A stretch of 63,089 nucleotides of DNA, the filler included, from Bigelowiella natans CCMP2755 (Eukaryota > Protista > Cercozoa): NCBI GenBank assembly GCA_000320545.1. It is 6 parts of 6 records of this genome, joined end to end, with 100 filler letters (N's around TTAATTAATTAA, not from the genome) between each part and the next. Parts side by side here need not be neighbours in the genome. Positions count along the whole stretch, not along the records: positions 1 to 20,937 come from ADNK01003300.1; positions 21,038 to 46,166 come from ADNK01000645.1; 4 more parts are not named here. The stretch is one strand, 5' to 3'. Of the stretch, positions 15,061 to 24,300 are shown piece by piece. The notes under the pieces are model-generated. The model was given only the letters and a program-made list of their open reading frames with translations, was not told the DNA's origin and searched no databases. Position numbers and translations under genes: made by a program. Within the stretch, counting starts at the first letter, position 1; every line of letters begins with the position of its first letter.

Positions 15061-17040
15061 TCACTTGTGAGGCAGATCAGATTGAACCACACGTGTTGGC
15101 ACAGTCTAAGCGTCAAAACTGTGCCCACAAGCACACGAAAAGAAAACCAAACAGCAGCTAGTTGCACTTTGTCATGCAAGCATCAAGCCTTCTTGTTTTG
15201 AAACTTTGAGATTGCCTCTTGCATCATCATGGCAGACGTGGAGAAGGATGTGTCTTTGTCTTCTGCCATTCGCTCGTTCAATTCCTTGGTCTCTGTTCCT
15301 GGGTTTCTTCTGTCCTTTGTTTCTTCAGCGTTGGGTGGCGCAGCTCCCTGCCGGTCCCACACTCTGGCACTGGCACCCGTTCAATGCATGTCAACTGTGC
15401 AATCATCAACTTCCAACTCAAGGTCAGCCAGCAACAGCAACATCAACTGGCAACTTCAGCAGCAATGACAACGTCAACTAGCAATTCAATCGGCAACAAA
15501 GTTCAGTGTCACGGCACGTCGATGCCCCTGCGCACACCTCACTGTCGTCCACAAGCAACTCGTTGTGTGTGCTGTCGTTGATCGTGTCTTTCAGAACTTT
15601 CACCACAGCGTCTTTCTTCCTTTTCAATGTTCGTGGATTTGAAACTCAACCATGCTAGCATGGCAGAGAACAGGTGCAATTTCAGTTTCTTCTTGCCTCA
15701 TCCAAAACAACAATGTTGCAAAATATGTCGCGGTCGTGGAGTCACTTGAGTGGCCACCTTCCTCCTTCAGCAGCTTTCACCATGCTGGCATGGTCTGGTG
15801 TTGGTGGAGTCAAACAGATGACAATTTTGTCAGAACACAAAAAGCGATGAATTCAAATTTGCCTGCCTTCCTTCCTTTCTTCCATTGCGGAGCATGGTTT
15901 TCCTTTGAGCATGGGATGGTGAAAACAAAAACGACACAGGGCAAATGGTCATTGGACTTGTCTAGTTGTGGACAGGTGATGCAAAGTTTGCCCACTTTCC
16001 TCTTTCCAATGCAATGGCGCAGTTGGCGCAGGAAAGCAGACTTGTCAACTTGCATCCTGACAAAAATTGACGTTGATGGTGTCAAGTCAGAGTTGGATTT
16101 TTTGTGGGTGCACGTTCTTTTCACTTTGCGTGGAAAAAAGCATCCCATTGTTTTCTTTTGAGGTCACCCTCCTCCTGTTCCTTGCTAGCTTGTGGGTCAC
16201 GTGATGAATTGGCAGTGCAGGAGAGGAGAGGTGCCATTGCCTCAGTTTGTGGTTGAGGGTTTGGGTTGCAACGAGCCATCTCAAAAGTTTGTTTGAAGAG
16301 AGCACTCCCCCAGCCACACAAAACCCAAAACAAAACAAAAATTGGAAAACTGAAAAAAACACAAGCGTCTTCAAATGCATGCTGGCATGCATGCTAATTG
16401 CATCTGCATCCAATGACAATGCCATGCGCGGTCAAGCAACAGCAACTCCAACCAACACGCAGCAGCAATGGTGCACAGCTGGACAGCAGTGGTTGCAGCG
16501 ATGACAGCAGCGAGCACCAAGCAGGGTGAGCTGCACAACGCACGCAACGCGACAGCCGCGGTGGAGCGCACGTTGTCCTGCAATGACGCAGCAGACGCAC
16601 GCGTGGACATTGATGAGCAAGTCCAAAAGTGGCACAGAGACCTCACGTCCAGAGCTCGACAGACCGCCTCTCTGGCCAGCTAGCTCTGGACCTGGGCGCT
16701 GGTTGCCAGTTGAAAGAAACATTTGGAACTTTCCGCCCTAGGTGTTGGTTGGAAAAGGAGCGCGCTCCTTTGCCTGCGCTGAGCAGCCGCCCCCGCATCA
16801 CCAAAACTCCAATCAACAATGAAAGACTTCAAACCTCTGAATGTTCGCCTCACGTTCCAACAGCGTCTTCACTGCATCCAACTGGCATCAGCAGACGCCT
16901 CTAGCAACCTGGCACCATCATTACATGCTCTTTCTTGCGTGTTCCTGATTTCGTTCACCAGGCGAAGGAGGAGCTGGTGTCCTCCCGCCGCCGTTTCAGA
17001 ATTCTCGAGACAGTGTCCATGGATGTCTGCGTTCAGAAGT
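15061..17040. other. TpA-depleted intergenic island (probable hypermutated repeat or gene relic)
   Basis: Hand count: 12 TA in ~1980 bp (8 CTAG, 2 CTAA, 1 ATAT, 1 TTAC). TG/CA-rich, CpG present, no microsatellites. Confidence 0.85.
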
Positions 17041-17427
17041 CATTCCTGAGATTCCCCTCTTCGACAGGATCATTTTCCTTTGTAGTTTCTTCGATCATTG
17101 AATGAGTGAATGAAGGAAGGAAGGAACTAAGCAGGAGCACAGGTCACCAAATTCATTTCGCAACATTTACGAAGTTTAATGCATTAGATTCTTCCTGATT
17201 GGTTGCTCGGAGAAAAGGGCGTTAATATCGCCGAGCGCAGAGTTAGGTTTCTCTCAGAGGAGGAAGGTCCTTGTGTTAATTATCTCGATGAAAATAAATT
17301 AGTTGTCGTAGATATATTTCGTATTGTAATATTGTATAATTAATATTTTTCTTCTTCTCATGAAGATCTGAAATCGCCCTCCCAAGCCACCAGCTCGGTC
17401 AACAGGGCAACCGCCCACCCGATAACG

Positions 17428-20214
17428 ATGGCTCCGAAGACGAACAAAGGCAAGGAGAAGGGGAAGAGACAGAGGCAGGACGATAACTCTATCGACAGGA
17501 ACAGGCTGATAACCGATGAACGTTTCAAGCATGTAATGAAGGGCCAACAGAACACTAGCATATATCTAGCTGCATGCATCGTCGGCTTCTTCTCCTTCGA
17601 GACAATACAATTTTGTCGCGCTGACGTGGAATTGATGACAGGCGCACAGCGATCCTATGTTCCAAAAAAGGCCCAAGAAGAGGAGGGTGGCCGAGGACGA
17701 CACGAGGTAAGAATAATACGTGCAAACAGTTGAAAAGCCGATTTCATCGCGCAGCTACGCCGAATGCGAATGCTGAGCTCTTTCCTTCTATTCACGTTTC
17801 AACCACCATCGAGTCAATATACATCCCAAGGATGATAACTCTCGTACTATTCGTATTCTCAACCCCCATAGGTTCCAATCAATGTACACAAAGCGAGATT
17901 TCAAGGTAGGGTGCACACCGTCGGTTTTTTTTTAGTAGGCTAGAATGGCGATGATAAAAGAACCGTGTCCATTATAATTATAATAATTATTATTAATATC
18001 ATCATGCAAAATCAGATGGACGGACGGGATAGATATGGACGATCGAAGGCGCAGGTAAAGAGGGCGCAAGAGGCTTTCGAAAAGGTCAGCTCTACCGACA
18101 CAGAGCGCTGGATATGTGAAATAACCATGTTCATTTCAATGAAGAATCGGGCGAGTCGAGATAAGGCCAAGCACTATTTATTCTTTATTTCTTCTTGTTC
18201 GCTCGTGCCTTTGAAAAACGAAAACGGTGTGTTGGCAGGACAACGATGATGAAGAATCGTTCGAGGGTGATGATGAGCTGGAGGAGACCTCCTCCTCGGA
18301 TGATGAGTATGTGCATAGATATTAGCGTATTAGCTACCCACATCAGCAGGGGAGGAAGCCAGAGCTTTCTTTTCTGTATCTCTGGCAAATTGCAGCACTT
18401 CCATCGGAGAAAAATATGCTAGAAGCCGCGAATGCGCTCATCCGTGAAATCGTGTCGCGTGTCGTGTGTATGCAGTTGAATTAAACTTCACCAGATCGGT
18501 ATAAGCGGCATTGATAACAACGTGTGTGTTCACGGCGGGTATTTATTGCTGTCTGCTCCTTTCCTTAGCGATGAGGATCTTATTTTGGGCGACGACGAAG
18601 ATGAAGAAGAGGTGGGTGGGTGGATGGTTGGCCTGATGCTGGGAAACATGATGTGCGGCTTCCTAGTCCGCTACCACTACTTCTACGACTCACACATTTT
18701 TTCAAATGCAATGAATGGTTCCAGGTGATAGAGGAGGAGGACCAGTCGTCCATTCCTGTGGGGGACTCCACAAGTCGTATCGCGGTACGGCAAAGAGAAC
18801 GGGGAGAGGGGGGAGGGAGGGGAGGGAGAAAGAATCTAACAAATTACATTTCACAACCAAAAATCATTCTTTAGAGCGATTATTTGAGCAGCGAGTTCAC
18901 TAAATGTACACTAATCGAAAGGTCATGCATTTGGACTGGGATCATATCAAATCGGTGAGAAGTCGATGGAGAAGAGAGCCGCCGCGGATGAGGATGAATG
19001 ATGATGATGATGATGACAGAAAGAGATATAGCTCTCTCCTTGTGCTTTTCCTTCGTCGTTTCTCCATTCATTTGTTCGAGTCAAGATCGTTAACACAACG
19101 CCAACGACGGCAGGTGGATCTGTTGGTGCTCTTCCAGTCGTTTCTCCCCCCTGGACACCTCATCAAGGCTGTGACGACATACGTAAGCACGCGCATCGTT
19201 TCGAGTTAACTTATATCCGCATTTTTGCAAAACGCAGTTCTGTAAGAGGGAGCATACGGTTGATGCTGTCATCTCACTGAATCGCTCATGCGGAGATTTC
19301 GAGCTGAGATTTCTCTGCGCTCTCTGACATAAAAAATCATCACGACCAGGTTTCTCAATTCGGGAAGGAGAGAATGAAGACCGAGGCCAAGTCAACAACC
19401 ATCACAAATGCACAAAAAAATCGACTTTGCTCCAAAAGAGATACATAGGCGTATTTTATAAGAGTTTGTGGGATCGGAAGAAGAAGAAGAAGAAGATGAT
19501 GATGATGAATAGCGAGAAATATTGGGAAATCATATCCAAGCACAAATACTGATAAGCACCGATGATTCCTGTGAATTCGGCACGAATTGAAGGTATGGGC
19601 CGGTGTCGCTCTGGTCTCAAAAGGGTGGGAAAGCGAAGAAGAAGAAGGAAGAGGATGGTGAGGACGAAGAGGAACAACCGATTTCGGAGGTAAAAACGCG
19701 ATAAGATAATGTCGTCGTCTATACCTATTTATCGTAATTTCAGCCAAACCAATTTTCCAATGGATAATAACCCCCCCCCCTCCCCCCCACGAATAGGTTA
19801 GCTTAAGGCGATATGAGAAGGAGAGACTCAAGTACTTCTACGCTGTCGTGGAGTGCGACGATGTAGTAACAACGCGCGCAACACACGCACAAGGCCCTCG
19901 ACGACGACAACGATTACAGTGCCATTAAGACTCTGTACTCACCATCCCGTAGATTGAGCACCTGCCTTGTTTGTCAGGTTGCAGCGGCGCGTCACGTGTA
20001 CAGAGAGTGTGATGGCGTTGACATTGGTGGCTCCGGAAATCAGCTCGACCTTCGGTCATAACATGCATACATGTGTGCGTGTGCTTGCGTGCGTGCGCGT
20101 GTGGAAGTGTGTATGTGTAAATATCCTTGTATGGATGGAACTGCGGTTTGGAACAATCGCACACCATATCTATCAGTTATTATCAGTTTTTTTCGTCATA
20201 GTGTTGCCCCCCTC

Positions 20215-20259
<45 letters not shown>

Positions 20260-20783
20260 TCATCTCTCTCTGCTCTTTTCCGGGCGGGTGGGTGGCGATT
20301 TGCAGCTACATTCCCGTTGGGATGTCGTTCGACAAGGGAGATATACGGGACCGAGCCATTGAGGTAGTAAACGATAATCAGCTGCTGCTGTTGTGCAAGT
20401 TGATACTGATGATGCAGCCGTCTTGCTCTCTCCTCTTCTTTCGTATCTTACAGATCGATATCATCATTCATTATTGTTTCCTCTTTATCCCCTCCCTCCC
20501 CCCCCCCTCCCCGTATTAATGGCGCAAAGGTTCCGCATGACTACAACGCACCCGAATTCTTTACGCGAGCGCTCTCACACTCCAAGGTATGATCGGGGGT
20601 GGTGGTGAGTAGTGGTGAGAGGGGTGGTGAAAATGGTGATAATGATAACGATGACGGTCATGGAAAAGGTTGGTGATGATGATGATGATGATGATGATGA
20701 TAATCATGATGATGCTCCTCCCCCCTCTTCTCTTCGTCTCTTCTTCCAGGTCGAGCTGTCGTGGGATCGGGAGGACCCAAATC
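17428..20783 (+). CDS. ESF1: Pre-rRNA processing protein ESF1, 5' portion (3' part lost at gap 20938)
   Basis: Exons: ITDERFKHAHSDPMF, RFQSMYTKRDFK, DRYGR, GDSTSRIAV, LDWDHIK, DLLVLFQSF, LRRYEKERLKYFYAVVECD, VYRECDG, FFTRALSHSKVELSWD. Confidence 0.9.
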
Positions 20784-20937
20784 GTAATAAAACCAAAGAT
20801 AGTAGCGGCGAGCATACGAGCAAAGCGCATGAATCAACCGACAATCCCCTCCCCCCCACTGCAGCGGACGCACATGATGATGATGAGAACACATGAGGCA
20901 CGTGCGCCCAAATACACATATACCCACCAATCAAGGT

Positions 20938-21037
20938 NNNNNNNNNNNNNNNNNNNNNNNNNNNNNNNNNNNNNNNNNNNNTTAATTAATTAANNNNNNN
21001 NNNNNNNNNNNNNNNNNNNNNNNNNNNNNNNNNNNNN
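20938..21037. other. Assembly gap with TTAATTAATTAA six-frame-stop linker (same structure at 46167-46266, 55455-55554, 57691-57790, 59071-59170)
   Basis: Identical N44-TTAATTAATTAA-N44 block five times. Confidence 0.97.
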
Positions 21038-21249
21038 GCTACAAAACTCCTTGATAAATTGAGGAAGTGGCATGGCTTTTGCTAAAGGGGCTGTGTATTT
21101 CTTTTTCAACTCTAGGCACATGGTCTCCGATCGGGAATCAATGGATGCACCCCCGAATTGAATATAATCGCACTTGCGATACAGTATTTGCAATGCTGCT
21201 GCGCGGTGGGCAGCTTGTCTGATGCTAATACAGTGTATAAGTGTTGTTG

Positions 21250-21348
21250 AATAAACACAACTCTTCAAAAGGAAGCAAACGTGCCTTTCCCCCCCCCTGC
21301 CTACTTGTGCACGTAGCGCCTCGGCCTGTGAACACCTTACGCGCAACA
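21250..21348 (+). repeat. Partial 5' LTR (last 99 bp only)
   Basis: Identical to 26640-26738; sequence upstream of 21250 does not match the 3' LTR. Confidence 0.9.
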
Positions 21349-21353
21349 ACCTT

Positions 21354-21371
21354 TGGCTTCCACACACGGGA
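21354..21371 (+). promoter_or_regulatory. tRNA primer-binding site (Glu/Asp-like tRNA 3' end)
   Basis: TGGCTTCCACACACGGGA, 5 nt after the LTR end. Its complement ..CCCGTG TGTGGAA G CCA fits T-stem, acceptor stem, G73 and CCA. The tRNA identity is an inference. Confidence 0.7.
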
Positions 21372-21387
21372 AACGATTTGACTAACA

Positions 21388-24300
21388 ATGTCACAGCAGC
21401 TAGAAGAACAGCAGGACTTTGGCTCGCAGGCCGTGCAAGGGCACGAGCAGAAACAGGAAAGGAAGGGCGATACGGACGCTAAGGAAGGAGGAGGAACACC
21501 TCCACAGGCACCGCCGGGACCAGCACCCGGGATTAAGAAAGCAGATGCAGCAGCAGAGGCACTGGAGAACTTCTACGAGGCGGACGACGAGGACGTGGCC
21601 GCCGAAAGCAAGAAGGTCGTAATGGCATTACGAGCCTTGCGACCCAGGGCGAGCAACTACGCCAAACTGAAAGTATCGATAGAATACAAGTATCAGACAC
21701 ATGATGTTTGGGCAGCTATCATGCAGGACATCATGGATTACGAAGCAGACTTACCTCCAGAGTGGGCAGCTTTGTTTAGGAACGACGGGGGTCTGGGCGC
21801 CTCGCGGGGGACGACCCAGAGCACCGTCAAGCAGCAGCAGCCGGTACAGCGGAACACCCAGTTCATGTCTGTTAAAACAGCACCGGTTATGATAACGAAA
21901 TACAACGGGAAAAGAGGTGAGGCAAGGAGGTGGTGGAAGAACGCTAGGAGTATACTCTGCGACTTTACCCCTAACCCCACCGAAAACGACAAGCTCAAAT
22001 GGCTAGCTATAATAAAGCAAGCCATGGACCTTTACGAGACAGGCAGGACCCGGATCAGGCAGCTAGAGAAAATACACACTACAGTTAGTGGGCTACGAGA
22101 CGTTGAGGCGATAATGAAGGCTTTTGTAAATGAACAGGATGCTAACTCCCTACCCCAGGCTATTAGAAAATACAGAGCAATGATGCAGCATGAGAGAGAA
22201 CCTGTTAGAGACTTTGCCACGCGCTTCCAGGATATGATCGACGAACTACATGATTTTAATTACAACACAGGTGATGATCAGGCAAGGTTTGAAGAGTTCA
22301 AGTTAAAGATAAAGGAATCCACTTACGTTACGGAGAAAGGCTACACCACGATGGAGGCAGCAGTGCAGGCTATATCCCTACGCGAGCAGGAGCAGGACCG
22401 CAAGTTTACCAGCCCTAAGGTACCTGGCATAGGAAACATTAACGCTATTAAGCCGCAGCGAGACTGGTACAAGGACAGGGAAGGTAACCGACGTTGCGGA
22501 TACTGCTCACGTAAAGGGAAACACACCGCTAAAGACTGCAGAGACAGGAAAGAAGGACGACCCAGGATGACGATCAGGCAGCTCAACGAACACTACGAGA
22601 AGTTAAAGAGAAAGAAAGGCAGAGGACAAGGATATAACAACAGCAAATGGCAAGGCAGCAACAACGGGAAGAACAATAAATATAAGAACAAAAAGCAGAA
22701 CAGTATCAATGCTATACAGCAGCAGATAAACGGAATATTAGATCACCTTAAGCAGGCGCCGACGAAGACAGCAGTACCAGCAACGCAGGACCAAGACAAG
22801 CCCATGACCCTAGACGACATAAAGAACTTAGGAGTATGCAACATTAATGACGAAGACGCTAACAGGACTATCAAAGTTGCTATGACCAAGGTTAAAGTTA
22901 AAGACAGCTACGGAGACTACAAGAAACTACCTGCCCTTTGGGATAGTGGCAGCATGCCGAAGTCCTTCATAAGCCTAAGCACAGTAAGAAGGTTAGGACT
23001 ATTGGATCAAGTGACTAAGAAAGAACGTAAATATGCTCAAGCAGACGGAAGCTCTTCCATGAAGACCGTCGGTGAGCTAATGCTAAAGCTACAGATACCT
23101 GGCAGCGACGCGGAGACCCAAATCAAGACCCGAGTAGCCATGACTTTATCCATGGAACTACTCCTCGGACAGGATGCCCTAGAAAAATTAGGGGGGATCA
23201 TATCATTCTACAATCACAAGATATACTTTGCTAAGTTGCCAAAGAAGTCAGGCAGGACCATCAGCCAGAACATGATACGGCTTGACGAGTGGACCTCTGA
23301 GTCAAGCGTTAATGCGTTAGAGTTTATGGACCTAGCGGACAACAAGCTACCTACACCTACCGAGCTACGGAAGAAGAACCCCGGCAAGACCATCCGACAG
23401 ATAACGGAGCTACTGGACAAGACCCCCCCAGCTGATGATTGGGATATCGACAAAGGCAAAAAGTACATTAATAAAATATTAAACGAGAAGTACTCTGACA
23501 TCACCAAGCCGACGACGAAGCCCTCCAGCAAGCTTACCCCAGTAAAGATCGAGCTAAAGAAGGGATACGAAGAGTGCATCATCAATGACCCAGAACATAG
23601 GCGACCGGAAGCGGACTGGGAAAAGATAGAGTGGCAGATCAATGAATGGGCAAAGGAAGGGAAGATAGAGCCAAGCAACTCACCATGGAACGTGAGACAT
23701 GTGCTAGCTAAGAAACCTACTTACCCTTTCTTCCGCCTGGCGCACAACTTCATCCGCCACAACCGAGTAATAAAGAGGATCCAGACACCTACACCAAGGA
23801 TAGATGACGTTATTGAACACGTCATAGGATACAAATACTACTCTTCCCTAGATAAAAATGAATCATACATGCAGACACCCATCCACAAAACCTCCCGCCC
23901 CATTACCGCGTTCTCCAGCAGGCACAGGAAGTGGCACTTCGTCGTATTCCCTTACGGCCTAAGCATATCAGGGGATGCGTTCAGTAGTCAGAACTACAGG
24001 GCATACACACATGATGGGATGGCGTCTGTGTTGTGGGTGTTTGTGTTTGTGTATGTGGATGATGACATAATATGTACCAACACAGTCGTCGCTCAGATCT
24101 TCCTCCTGGAAAATATATTTATTAGGTTTGCACACTTCGGTTTTACTATTAGACTGCAGAAGTGTACATTCCTAGCTACAAGAATCAAGTGGTGTGGATA
24201 TTACCTGGAGCAAGGCCGCATCACCCCAAACCCCGAGAAAGTAGCAGCACTACAGCAAGCCCCTAAACCTAAGAATGCAAAGGAGTTAAAGTCATTCTTG

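Noticed and set aside
15061-17040. TG/CA excess explained by CpG methylation decay or classical RIP
   Set aside because: CpG remains common and TA is lost rather than gained.
20982-20993. Recurrent TTAATTAATTAA palindrome
   Set aside because: Always centred in 100-nt N blocks; a scaffolding linker, not biology.
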